Origin: a virus
Lineage: Duplodnaviria > Heunggongvirae > Uroviricota > Caudoviricetes
DNA: 64,000 bases
Strand: one strand, 5' to 3'
IMG/VR virus record: IMGVR_UViG_3300014208_000030
Location: 104,076-168,075 of that record
Positions within the stretch are counted from its first letter, which is position 1; each line of letters opens with the position of its first letter. This document shows, piece by piece, positions 46,581 through 54,580 of this stretch. Both the position numbers and the translations under genes were made by a program. The notes below the pieces were generated by a model. That model worked only from the letters and a program-made list of their open reading frames with translations, did no database searches and was not told where the DNA came from.

Positions 46581-47848
46581 TTACAATTAATTACCCTACC
46601 AACAGTGACTTAGGCACCGATGAAGTAGTAACATTCCACACATTTTCTGGTGGCGAAGAGCACGTTAACTTGAAGCGCAGAGAGTTCGACACAGAACCAA
46701 CTATCATCATTATTGCTCAGATACTAAATTCTGCAGATGTAATGCGCCTCCTACTAACAACAGATGCGCTACGTCGCCTATACACCAACGATATTGCTCT
46801 GGTTATGCCATATCTGCCATATGCCCGTCAGGATAGAGCCTGTGTTGAAGGAGATGCGTTCAGTTTGCAAGTATTTGCTAAACTGATTAATGCACAAGAT
46901 TATGATCAGGTGACCGTAGTAGATGCTCATAGTAGTGTTGCTGGCGATCTGTTCCGCAACTTCAATAGTATCCCGCAGGCGTCAGTGCTAGCAAATGTGC
47001 GTATTGGAATTGATGAGCGCATTGCCTTTATTGTTGCGCCCGATGCTGGTGCTGCCAAAAAGGCGGTTGATTGGCAGACACAGTGGAACAATATCCCATC
47101 AAATTATGCACCAACATTCTTCCTACAAGCAACCAAGAAACGGGACGAAACTGGAAACATAGTGGCGACAGAACTTAATGGTGTTAGCGAAGGCGCACTG
47201 AATGGTGCAACATGCCTGATTGTCGATGACATAATTGACGGCGGTCGCACCTACATTGAGCTGGCTAAAGTTTTGAAATGGGCGGGTGCCGGTAATATCT
47301 ACCTATATGCAACGCATGGCATTTTTAGCCGAGGCATCCAAGTACTCCTAGATGCCGGTATTACGAAAGTATTCACTACCGACTCATTCCCAGAAAAGGA
47401 TGATGGGCGAGTTATTGTTAAACGATTTTCAACTGAGAGAAGTAACTATATTATGCAATCAACAAAGAAAAAAGTATTTCTGGGTGGTACCTGTAATGGC
47501 AGCACATGGCGAGATACACTGATCCCACTACTCAATATCGATTTCTTCAATCCGGTCGTTGCCGATTGGACAGAGGCAGCTTACGAAGAAGAGCTCAAAC
47601 AAAGGGAAGAGTGTGACTTCTGTCTATATGTAATCACGGCAGAATCGAGCAGCATATATTCCATTGCCGAAGTAGTTGATGGCAGCAATAAACGCCCAAC
47701 AAAGACGGTATTCTGCTTTCTTGAAGATATGTATACCGACCACGAAGTTAGCGCACTTGGTAGAGTTGCTAAGATGGTAGCAGAAAATGGCGGACAGTCT
47801 TTCAATACATTAGGTAGTGTCGCAAGATACTTAAACGGAGCAGCGTAA
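46577..47848 (+). CDS. ribose-phosphate pyrophosphokinase (Prs)-like protein with extra C-terminal Rossmann-like domain; candidate ADPR-pyrophosphate synthetase (Adps)
   Basis: Prs motifs LVMPYLPYARQDR and CLIVDDIIDGGRT; 423 aa, C-terminal ~120 aa (VFLGGTCNGSTW...) unlike canonical Prs. Confidence 0.7.
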   Translation: MITINYPTNSDLGTDEVVTFHTFSGGEEHVNLKRREFDTEPTIIIIAQILNSADVMRLLLTTDALRRLYTNDIALVMPYLPYARQDRACVEGDAFSLQVFAKLINAQDYDQVTVVDAHSSVAGDLFRNFNSIPQASVLANVRIGIDERIAFIVAPDAGAAKKAVDWQTQWNNIPSNYAPTFFLQATKKRDETGNIVATELNGVSEGALNGATCLIVDDIIDGGRTYIELAKVLKWAGAGNIYLYATHGIFSRGIQVLLDAGITKVFTTDSFPEKDDGRVIVKRFSTERSNYIMQSTKKKVFLGGTCNGSTWRDTLIPLLNIDFFNPVVADWTEAAYEEELKQREECDFCLYVITAESSSIYSIAEVVDGSNKRPTKTVFCFLEDMYTDHEVSALGRVAKMVAENGGQSFNTLGSVARYLNGAA

Positions 47849-47850
47849 TC

Positions 47851-49653
47851 ATGCAATCAACAGCAATAAACCAAAAAGACGGCTATAAAATTGGTCACAA
47901 ACCATTTTACCCAGACCTGACAGAAGAAATTTATGGCAATCTTACTGCACGGTCGGGTCGACTGTCAAATATCAAGGGCACCAAAGGCGTCTATTTTGTC
48001 GGTTTACAGGCTCTATTAGCCGAATATTTTGTCAAAGAATGGAATGAAACATTTTTCCAGCGACCAAAAGAAGAAGTACTCGAAAAATATCAACGTCGGG
48101 TATCGAATTTCTTTGGGTATGAGATCGATATTTCGCACATTGCCGCACTACATGATTTGGGTTTCTTGCCAATACAGGTGAAGGCGATCCCAGAAGGCTC
48201 TTTCGTTCCATATGGTGTCCCAATGGTCACCTACAAAAACACGGTCAAGAACTTTGGCTGGGTTGCGCAGATGTGTGAAACCGTATTGTCATCAGAAACA
48301 TGGCAGGGGATCACATCGGCAACGACCTATATGGAGTTCAAAAAACTCTTTACCAAATTTGCCCTGAAAACAGGCACCCATTTGGCGTTTGTCCCGTACC
48401 AAGGTCATGACTTCAGTTTCCGAGGAATGGCTGGCAGACACGCTGCAGCGAAGTCTGGTTATGCAATATTAGCCTGTGGTAGCTTCGGAACCGATTGTTT
48501 ACCGGCAATTGACTTGGCGGAAGACTATTATTATGCAGATGTTACAAAAGAGATTGTCGGGCTGTCAATTACGGGAACTGAACACTCGGTAGCATCGGCA
48601 AACATCATCACTATTGAGGAGGCTTTCCGCAAAACTGGTGAGTGGGGTGGGCTTAGGTTTGAAGACCTTATTGATGATAGTTCGGATACAGATTATAAAA
48701 ACATCGCCGAAACAGCATTTATCCATCGTGTCATATCACAGGTTGCCCCAAGCGGCAAGGTAGCGTTAGTGTGTGACACATATAATTTTTGGAACGTAGT
48801 GACAAACAGCTTGCCAATACTCAAGGGAGAAATTATGGCAAGAGATGGTCAGGTGGTTATTCGCCCGGATTCTGGCGACCCAGTTCGCATGATCTGCGGT
48901 GGCGATTACGAAGTTATACGCCATGCTGATAATATAGAACAAGCAAAGCGGTATGCCTTAGATTCATTGGAAGAGTATGTTCGTGAAGATGCCGGTCATG
49001 GCGAATGTGGAATGATAGATTACGGTGACATCTTCAACTGGAATGGAAAATACTACCGAGCTGAGGCCGAATTTGAGTGGAACCGGTACGGCAAACAGTA
49101 CTACTTCATTGACGGCAGCAAGTTGCTATCATTTGAAGAAGTTGAGCTAAGTGCTGACCAGAAAGGTCTGATCGAATGTTTGTGGGAAACTTTTGGCGGC
49201 ACATTGACCGAAACAGGCCACAGAATGCTCGATTCACATATAGGTGCTATCTACGGTGATTCAATCACATATGAACGCGCCACTGAGATTCTGACGCGAC
49301 TAGAGGCCAAAAACTTTGCCAGTGGTAACATAGTTCTAGGCTTGGGCTCCTATTTGTTTCAGCTAGTGACGCGGGACACGCACGGTATGGCAATTAAAGG
49401 CACCCACATTGTAGTGGATGGCAAAGACGTACCGATTTTCAAAGACCCAATCACTGATGACGGTACTAAAAAGTCCGCAAAAGGATATATGGTCGTGGAG
49501 ACCGATGAGAATGGCGAATATTGCATGCGCGACATGGTATCCAGAAAAGAAGAGAAATATGGTGCATTACGAGTTGTATTCCGTGATGGCATACTGTATA
49601 ATGAAACAACCTTAGCAGAAACAAGAAAATTAACCGAGTTGAAACTATCATGA
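47851..49653 (+). CDS. nicotinamide phosphoribosyltransferase (Nampt/NadV)-like protein; candidate Namat
   Basis: N-terminal DGYKIGHKPFYP resembles the Nampt DSYK.tHy block; length 600 aa; immediately follows the Prs-like gene with 2-nt spacing. Confidence 0.65.
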   Translation: MQSTAINQKDGYKIGHKPFYPDLTEEIYGNLTARSGRLSNIKGTKGVYFVGLQALLAEYFVKEWNETFFQRPKEEVLEKYQRRVSNFFGYEIDISHIAALHDLGFLPIQVKAIPEGSFVPYGVPMVTYKNTVKNFGWVAQMCETVLSSETWQGITSATTYMEFKKLFTKFALKTGTHLAFVPYQGHDFSFRGMAGRHAAAKSGYAILACGSFGTDCLPAIDLAEDYYYADVTKEIVGLSITGTEHSVASANIITIEEAFRKTGEWGGLRFEDLIDDSSDTDYKNIAETAFIHRVISQVAPSGKVALVCDTYNFWNVVTNSLPILKGEIMARDGQVVIRPDSGDPVRMICGGDYEVIRHADNIEQAKRYALDSLEEYVREDAGHGECGMIDYGDIFNWNGKYYRAEAEFEWNRYGKQYYFIDGSKLLSFEEVELSADQKGLIECLWETFGGTLTETGHRMLDSHIGAIYGDSITYERATEILTRLEAKNFASGNIVLGLGSYLFQLVTRDTHGMAIKGTHIVVDGKDVPIFKDPITDDGTKKSAKGYMVVETDENGEYCMRDMVSRKEEKYGALRVVFRDGILYNETTLAETRKLTELKLS

Positions 49654-49812
49654 TTATATTCGTAAGTATATCGACAGCTATTTTCTTTCTTCTTGCCATC
49701 ATGCTGCCTACTGGGAGTAGTATGGTGAATGTTGTGTGGAAGGTTATCTTTTCCGTATTGGCTGTATCTGGAGTGTTCCTGCTCGGTACATATTTTGGCT
49801 ACATTATCAAGG

Positions 49813-49820
49813 TATAAATA
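49813..49820 (+). promoter_or_regulatory. late promoter TATAAATA
   Basis: ggTATAAATAaaaATGgaagatATG. Confidence 0.6.
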
Positions 49821-49832
49821 AAAATGGAAGAT

Positions 49833-50066
49833 ATGTACTTGAACGAGCTAATCAAATATATTGACGATACAACAGTATTCGTTGGGGCTGGTAAAAAACA
49901 CAAAATTAAAAACATAACCAGAGAGCTCTATGTTTATTGCGGGACACTTAAGATCGATGGCTTGCTTGGAACTTATGTCATTTTTGATGATCTACCTTGT
50001 GGCATCTATCGTGGTGAGAACTGGATCATCGGCAGTATTAGTTCCATTATTAGTATAAATAAATAA
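49833..50066 (+). CDS. hypothetical late protein (77 aa; second ATG used)
   Basis: first ATG lies 3 nt after TATAAATA and would precede the transcript 5' end; ATG 49833 has SD ggaaga. Confidence 0.4.
   Translation: MYLNELIKYIDDTTVFVGAGKKHKIKNITRELYVYCGTLKIDGLLGTYVIFDDLPCGIYRGENWIIGSISSIISINK
50054..50061 (+). promoter_or_regulatory. late promoter TATAAATA
   Basis: tagTATAAATAaataaATGagagaagtgATG. Confidence 0.6.
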
Positions 50067-50078
50067 ATGAGAGAAGTG

Positions 50079-50303
50079 ATGACAAAGAAAGAAAGCTATG
50101 CTATATTGGTCGAGCAGATTAATGCTAAGTACCATTATACATGGACAGATATTTTTTACAGCAGGGAGGAATTTGATGATGTTATTGAAATCCTCGGTAT
50201 CCATGATATTGGCGATGAGTGGCATGAGTTCGGATACACACTTATTGAGGTGACCGATAATGAGGGCAGAGTTGGCTGTGCAGCCATCACTTCAAGTTTC
50301 TGA
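50079..50303 (+). CDS. hypothetical late protein (74 aa; start MTKKESYAIL)
   Basis: second ATG with SD gagaag, same reasoning as 49833. Confidence 0.45.
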   Translation: MTKKESYAILVEQINAKYHYTWTDIFYSREEFDDVIEILGIHDIGDEWHEFGYTLIEVTDNEGRVGCAAITSSF

Positions 50304-50312
50304 AAATAAAGC

Positions 50313-50340
50313 TTGACACATTTTAAAAATGCTGTATACT
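50313..50340 (+). promoter_or_regulatory. sigma70 promoter aaagcTTGACA-16-TATACT
   Basis: consensus hexamers; upstream of tRNA cluster. Confidence 0.6.
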
Positions 50341-50470
50341 GTATCACAAGTTAAGCAGTAAGGCGGTAAAGAAGTAAATCAGTATAGTTGTTCCTTTGTG
50401 GTGGTTTCTAGGATGCTGGGAAAGGTTTTGTGGTTATTACCTACTCAGTGATCCTAGCTTTTTTGGTGGG

Positions 50471-50515
50471 GTACCGTTGGTTGTGGTGATTATTGGTACC
50501 CCACTCTTTTTTAAA
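50471..50515 (+). terminator. hairpin (8-bp stem ggggtacc/ggtacccc, 19-nt loop) followed by ctctttttt
   Basis: seen in sequence; loop large so terminator call is tentative. Confidence 0.4.
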
Positions 50516-50606
50516 TTTGTCTAAATGGTTATAACGGGGTACTCATTATATGCCGATTTTGGTTCGATTCCAAATACGACAAATTTAAAAAAGATTAAAG
50601 AATAAT

Positions 50607-50680
50607 GCGGGTATAGCAAAACGGTTATGCAACTGGCTTCCACCCAGTTCACGGGAGTTCGACCCTCCCTACCCGCTCCA
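50607..50680 (+). tRNA. tRNA-Gly (anticodon TCC)
   Basis: hand-folded cloverleaf: acceptor gcgggta/tacccgc, anticodon stem actgg/ccagt loop cTTCCAc, T-arm gggag-ttcgacc-ctccc, 3' CCA encoded. Confidence 0.8.
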
Positions 50681-50702
50681 AATAACATAGGGAAGCATAA
50701 TA

Positions 50703-50936
50703 ATGGCAGTAGAAGTGAGAGTATTTGAACCTGATCCGGCACACATCTGCATTAGGAATGCTGGGAAGTGGTCACTGAGTATGAATCCAAATATGTTTGG
50801 TCGCGTAACTCATATTAGATATTTGAATGAGTTTGAGTGTGACCTCATCAATGGAGCAATAAAAGCCGCGCAGCGTGCAATGGATATAGCATCTGGAGTA
50901 CCTTCTGAAGCTGATCCTAACCGGATAGATAATTAA
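50703..50936 (+). CDS. hypothetical small protein between tRNA genes (77 aa)
   Basis: ORF only. Confidence 0.3.
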   Translation: MAVEVRVFEPDPAHICIRNAGKWSLSMNPNMFGRVTHIRYLNEFECDLINGAIKAAQRAMDIASGVPSEADPNRIDN

Positions 50937-50945
50937 AAAGTTTTT

Positions 50946-51021
50946 GCGCCAGTAGCTCAATGGTAGAGCGTTCCCCTCATAAGGGATTGGTTTTTGGTTC
51001 GAATCCAAACTCGGCGCACCA
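50946..51021 (+). tRNA. tRNA-Met/Ile2-like (anticodon CAT), acceptor stem with one bulged C
   Basis: D-arm gctc-aatggta-gagc, anticodon loop cuCAUaa, T-arm tttgg-ttcgaat-ccaaa, CCA encoded; acceptor gcgccag pairs with ct(c)ggcgc only if one C is bulged. Confidence 0.55.
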
Positions 51022-51027
51022 AATAAT

Positions 51028-51101
51028 AAGTCATTAGCTCAACGATAGAGCGGCTAGGTGCACTAGTAGATGGTGGGTTTAACTCCCATCATGGCTTGCC
51101 A
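51028..51101 (+). tRNA. tRNA-like element (anticodon arm unresolved)
   Basis: acceptor aagtcat/atggctt + g + CCA, D-arm gctc-aacgata-gagc, T-arm-like gtggg-tttaact-cccat; central region ctaggtgcactag is palindromic and gives no canonical 7-nt loop. Confidence 0.35.
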
Positions 51102-51426
51102 AATTAAGACTAAGTAGAAGCCTTTCCCTACGCACTAAGGAGAGGCAACAAATAATACGATTAGCTTGTCAGACTTAGAACTGTATATTCAACTCTCGAA
51201 CATGGTTGCTTCTAGTCGTATTTTTTGTTAGTGAATGCGTAGGCTGATACGCTGAGATTTGTCTCTCGTCGCAATCCATTTAATTGTGGCTCTAGCAACA
51301 GACATTAACTGAAATGATAAGCATGGGATCAGTACATGCCACCAACTTCAAATACCGTAAGAGGATAGTATTGTGTCTAAATTTAAAATAAGAGGACGGT
51401 GCAATTTTCATTAGTATATTTAACTA

Positions 51427-51960
51427 ATGGAGGTAGCAATGTTAATCGTAACACAAAGAAGCTTCACAACAAAGCACGATCAGGTTATTGGGTATTTTCA
51501 GGACATTCGTGCCATCTACGACCACTTTAGTGGTTTGTTTGGCAAATATGGTTTAGAGAACAGATTCTCCCATAACCAATTTGAGGTCGTAGTAACCGGT
51601 AGATACTGGTTATCTTGGCGAGAAGATATTACCGGCACCGAGCATGCAATGGTTATTACTAACCGGCAGGGTATCCGGTATAGCAAAGAGTTTGTTGCTG
51701 GGATATTTGCAAAGTACCGTAAAACGAAGTTCCAGTGGGGCTGGATACGTGGTACGAAAAGAAATTACCGGTGCTGCTATCGTAGTATAAGAACAACCCA
51801 AGAAATAAGACTTTCAGTGGGTGTTCTGAAAGAAGAAGGTGAACCAGTTTGGCGAACATCTAGAAATTATCATAACTTACCCAACAAATGGGATGAGATA
51901 CAGCATTTGGATGTTTGCAACCGGAACTGGAAGCGGTTTAGAAAAACACAATATAAATAG
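51427..51960 (+). CDS. hypothetical protein (177 aa)
   Basis: ORF; SD ggagg. Confidence 0.45.
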   Translation: MEVAMLIVTQRSFTTKHDQVIGYFQDIRAIYDHFSGLFGKYGLENRFSHNQFEVVVTGRYWLSWREDITGTEHAMVITNRQGIRYSKEFVAGIFAKYRKTKFQWGWIRGTKRNYRCCYRSIRTTQEIRLSVGVLKEEGEPVWRTSRNYHNLPNKWDEIQHLDVCNRNWKRFRKTQYK

Positions 51961-51979
51961 TATATAATGAGGCAGTGAA

Positions 51980-52168
51980 ATGAAAACCCTTTTCGTATGG
52001 ATGAAGTATTCTTGGCAAATCGTGGGACAATCCCTCGCAACTAAGAAGCATCGCAGACCAATAGTAAATGAGGCAGGATTCGTGGCACCGATTATCGTAC
52101 CACTTGGGTATATTGGTGTTATTTTGCAGATAGTTGTTGCGGCATATGTATTAAAAGTTATTTTTTGA
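51980..52168 (+). CDS. hypothetical small membrane protein (62 aa)
   Basis: hydrophobic C-terminus. Confidence 0.35.
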   Translation: MKTLFVWMKYSWQIVGQSLATKKHRRPIVNEAGFVAPIIVPLGYIGVILQIVVAAYVLKVIF

Positions 52169-52177
52169 AAATAAAGC

Positions 52178-52205
52178 TTGACAAGATGTAAAAAGTGTGT
52201 ATAAT
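52178..52205 (+). promoter_or_regulatory. sigma70 promoter aaagcTTGACA-16-TATAAT
   Basis: perfect hexamers upstream of tRNA-Ser. Confidence 0.65.
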
Positions 52206-52283
52206 GGTTGAATAGTTTGCATCACATATAAAGACGGCAATCTTTGTGGTGCGAGCCTTAGTTAAAAAATGATTTGATACGTG

Positions 52284-52291
52284 TATAAATA
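52284..52291 (+). promoter_or_regulatory. late promoter TATAAATA upstream of tRNA-Ser
   Basis: gtgTATAAATAaaag 12 nt before tRNA 5' end. Confidence 0.5.
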
Positions 52292-52302
52292 AAAGTAGAT
52301 AT

Positions 52303-52392
52303 GGAAATGTGGCAGAGCGGTTTATTGCACTGGTCTTGAAAACCAGCGGGGCTTAATCGCCTCCCAGAGTTCGAATCTCTGCGTTTCCGCCA
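52303..52392 (+). tRNA. tRNA-Ser (anticodon TGA), long variable arm
   Basis: acceptor ggaaatg/cgtttcc, anticodon stem ctggt/accag loop cuUGAaa, variable arm, T-arm cagag-ttcgaat-ctctg, CCA; similar in layout to E. coli tRNA-Ser. Confidence 0.8.
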
Positions 52393-52450
52393 TACAATGG
52401 CACGGTTTGTCAGTTTCTAGGTCTAAAAATGAGAAACTTCCACGAATAAT

Positions 52451-52525
52451 TGCGGTGTACATCAGAGGTAGATGAACTGGCTCATAACCAGAAAGACGGG
52501 AGTTCGAGTCTCTCCACCGCTACCA
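52451..52525 (+). tRNA. tRNA (anticodon CAT; Met or Ile-lysidine), U1-U72 mismatch
   Basis: acceptor tgcggtg/caccgct, D-arm catc-agaggta-gatg, anticodon loop cuCAUaa, T-arm gggag-ttcgagt-ctctc, CCA encoded. Confidence 0.6.
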
Positions 52526-52544
52526 GTTTTAAAGTAGTAAATTT

Positions 52545-52621
52545 CGGAATGTATTTCAGTCTGGTAGAATGAACCGTTTGGGGCGGTTCGGTCGTGGGTT
52601 CAAATCCCTCCATTCCGACCA
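52545..52621 (+). tRNA. tRNA-Pro (anticodon TGG)
   Basis: acceptor cggaatg/cattccg perfect, anticodon stem aaccg/cggtt loop uuUGGgg (G37), T-arm gtggg-ttcaaat-ccctc, CCA. Confidence 0.75.
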
Positions 52622-52639
52622 AACAAGGGATATCACGCT

Positions 52640-52735
52640 TAGTTACGTGCCATTTGGCATCGCGCACCCAGATATCCCACCAAATAAGTGTTATCACGCC
52701 TATTGCCAAATGGCTCGCGCACCATGATAGCACGA
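52640..52735. repeat. two ~35-bp direct repeats each containing palindrome tgccatttggca / tgccaaatggc + cgcgcac
   Basis: gatatcacgcttagttacgtgccatttggcatcgcgcaccc vs gttatcacgcctattgccaaatggctcgcgcacc. Confidence 0.6.
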
Positions 52736-53042
52736 TTAACACCAGCCATTACTCTTGGGCGTTATAATTAAGAGAGGTCTTAAGCTCATACCAGAATGAG
52801 AATTGGTACATATCGCATACCAGACAAACATCCGTGTAGAGGAGAGGTTACAAAATCGATATCGTGCCTGTATGTGTACGTAAACATCCCACTGGCTAGC
52901 AAATAGGGCTCTTGGGTGAAGCATACTAGACGGAGAATAAACAGCCTAGATGGGGGAGCGTTGGTGACGTTTAGCCCATCACTCTTATTTTAAAATAAGA
53001 GATAAATATAGCAAAATGAGTGAAGTATTTTCTCCAGCTAAG

Positions 53043-53114
53043 GCACAAGGTGTGCCGCCATCCTGTTAAGATGTGTGAGTTTGGTCCGATTCCAAAAGCT
53101 GGAGAAAATACTTT
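53043..53114 (+). tRNA. tRNA-Asn-like (anticodon GTT) embedded in a 16-bp extended inverted repeat; no CCA
   Basis: acceptor tccagct/agctgga, D-arm ggca-caaggtg-tgcc, anticodon loop cuGUUaa, T-arm tttgg-tccgatt-ccaaa; flanks gaagtattttctccagc / gctggagaaaatactt extend pairing. Confidence 0.5.
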
Positions 53115-53126
53115 ATATACAAAGAG

Positions 53127-54002
53127 TTACGGGTTAATATAATTCTCAACGAGTTTCACTAATTCTGAGTACTCGATACTAGATATTGTTTTCTTTTTAT
53201 TATTTTCTGTGTGCTGCATCAATTCACAATTTAGTGGGTGTGTGATATAAAATGCATCATAGTTATATTTTAGTGCATCATGCACGGATACTCTATGGTC
53301 TCTCGATATCCCATCTGGGTTCCACTTTTGGCCTTTGAAATTATTCGGCGAGAACCACCCGAATTTATCTATTAAGGTCAGATCGAACAGGTCTGGATAG
53401 TGGTACACATTGAATGTAAACTTATATCGTTGCTTTTCTGCTGGTGAATATATGGTAACGCACTTTGTACAGTATTTCGTCGCCCTCCTTTGGGATATGA
53501 TAATGCCACAGTGCTGACATTTGCACATATATAACTTAGAAAATACACCAGATGCGGTTTTGTTAGTTTCTCGGTTTCGTACTGGACTGCGGCGTTGCGC
53601 TACTCGCTTACGTACAGGCTTTGGTAATTTAGCTTTGCGTTCTGGCTTGCTCTTGATTTTGTGTGCAGATTTATGATAGGCCGATACGCTTTTAGATACT
53701 TTATCCTTGTGGGCATCAGTAATAACATAGCCATGTTTTATTCTGTCGGTATTATTAAATGTAGCTGCACATGATGCATTACAAAATTTTCGATTAGAAT
53801 CTAATGGCATATTACAATGAATGCAGTATTTAATATTAGATTGAAATCTAGGAAGCCGATCGACCGATATCTCTTTCTTAGTAATAATACAGCAGCATCT
53901 TAGTTGTGGAAGTTTACCAGCTGATATGCCGTGAATACGAGAATGCCCATTAAGAGAGCGAATTGATGGAAATATTTTACTACAGTGTTCGCATTTGAAC
54001 AT
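53127..54002 (-). CDS. HNH endonuclease with N-terminal C2H2 zinc finger (homing-endonuclease-like) in the tRNA region
   Basis: FKCEHCSKIFPSIRSLNGHSRIH = C2H2; C-terminal GISRDHRVSVHDA...HPLNCELMQHTENNKK = HNH; basic KxK-rich linker. Confidence 0.7.
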   Translation of the reverse strand: MFKCEHCSKIFPSIRSLNGHSRIHGISAGKLPQLRCCCIITKKEISVDRLPRFQSNIKYCIHCNMPLDSNRKFCNASCAATFNNTDRIKHGYVITDAHKDKVSKSVSAYHKSAHKIKSKPERKAKLPKPVRKRVAQRRSPVRNRETNKTASGVFSKLYMCKCQHCGIIISQRRATKYCTKCVTIYSPAEKQRYKFTFNVYHYPDLFDLTLIDKFGWFSPNNFKGQKWNPDGISRDHRVSVHDALKYNYDAFYITHPLNCELMQHTENNKKKTISSIEYSELVKLVENYINP

Positions 54003-54108
54003 TGGATACCCGATATAAATAATATTGTGTAGGACAGTTCAGTTACCCGATACTGAATTGATTAATATTGGTCGTATTAATCTAACTGCATATATTTATA
54101 TAAATATG

Positions 54109-54137
54109 TTGACAATATATCGAATATGGTATATACT
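54109..54137 (+). promoter_or_regulatory. sigma70 promoter TTGACA-17-TATACT (overlapping TATAAATA boxes on both strands at 54095-54106)
   Basis: seen in sequence. Confidence 0.55.
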
Positions 54138-54203
54138 CTTAAAAGTTAACAATATACCGGACAAGCATGCGAAAGCTGCTCAAATCGTTCCGGTTTTTAT
54201 TAT

Positions 54204-54284
54204 TGTCATGTAGCTCAGTGGTAGAGCAGTGGCGTAGTCGCACTACGCTTCCGTACGGTGGGTCAACACCACCCATGACAGCCC
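54204..54284 (+). tRNA. tRNA-like element (perfect acceptor stem tgtcatg/catgaca, canonical D-arm), anticodon arm atypical
   Basis: D-arm gctc-agtggta-gagc; T-arm ggtgg-gtcaaca-ccacc; 29 nt between D- and T-arms form gcgtag-tcgca-ctacgc hairpin; anticodon not assignable by hand. Confidence 0.4.
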
Positions 54285-54300
54285 AATTTAGCGAAATAAC

Positions 54301-54373
54301 AATTGCATGTCGGACGCAAGAACCGTATATTCAATTTTCAAATATGATTGCATCAGTTGTTATTTCGGTAAAT
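54301..54373 (+). ncRNA. candidate stable RNA: 11-bp inverted repeat cgaaataacaa/ttgttatttcg enclosing ~50 nt
   Basis: between two tRNA genes, as for T4 small stable RNAs in its tRNA cluster. Confidence 0.25.
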
Positions 54374-54431
54374 CGCCACGCAAGTGGTCTTACAGATAGT
54401 GGATATCCAAGATGAACCCACTTAAAACAAT

Positions 54432-54506
54432 TCTTGGAATTGCTGGTGAAGCATAAGTGGCGATGCACATGACTTGTAATCATGAGAACGCGGGTCGGAA
54501 CCGCGC
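54432..54506 (+). tRNA. tRNA-Thr (anticodon TGT)
   Basis: acceptor gctggtg/caccagc, D-arm gcat-aagtggcg-atgc, anticodon stem catga/tcatg loop cuUGUaa, T-arm cgcgg-gtcggaa-ccgcg, CCA. Confidence 0.8.
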
Positions 54507-54580
54507 ACCAGCTCCAACCTTTAAATGTGTCTTAAATCATGTTTTAAATCAAACTTAAATCAAAACGGAATCAAAATTAT
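54507..54580 (+). promoter_or_regulatory. AU-rich repetitive leader of gene 32 (UUAAAUC(A) x4): candidate gp32 translational autoregulation site
   Basis: ctttaaatg / cttaaatca / tttaaatca / cttaaatca repeats between tRNA-Thr and ATG 54581. Confidence 0.45.

Noticed and set aside
49824-49832. First ATG of ORF 49824 (and 50067) as start codons
   Set aside because: They lie 3-5 nt after TATAAATA, upstream of where a late transcript would begin; the next in-frame ATG with an SD was used instead.
50521-50600. tRNA-like T-loop motif ggttcgattcc
   Set aside because: No 5' sequence able to pair with the 3' acceptor (atacgac); at best a degenerate tRNA remnant.
54167-54415. 82-aa + strand ORF
   Set aside because: Overlaps a tRNA-like element and a long inverted repeat; no RBS.
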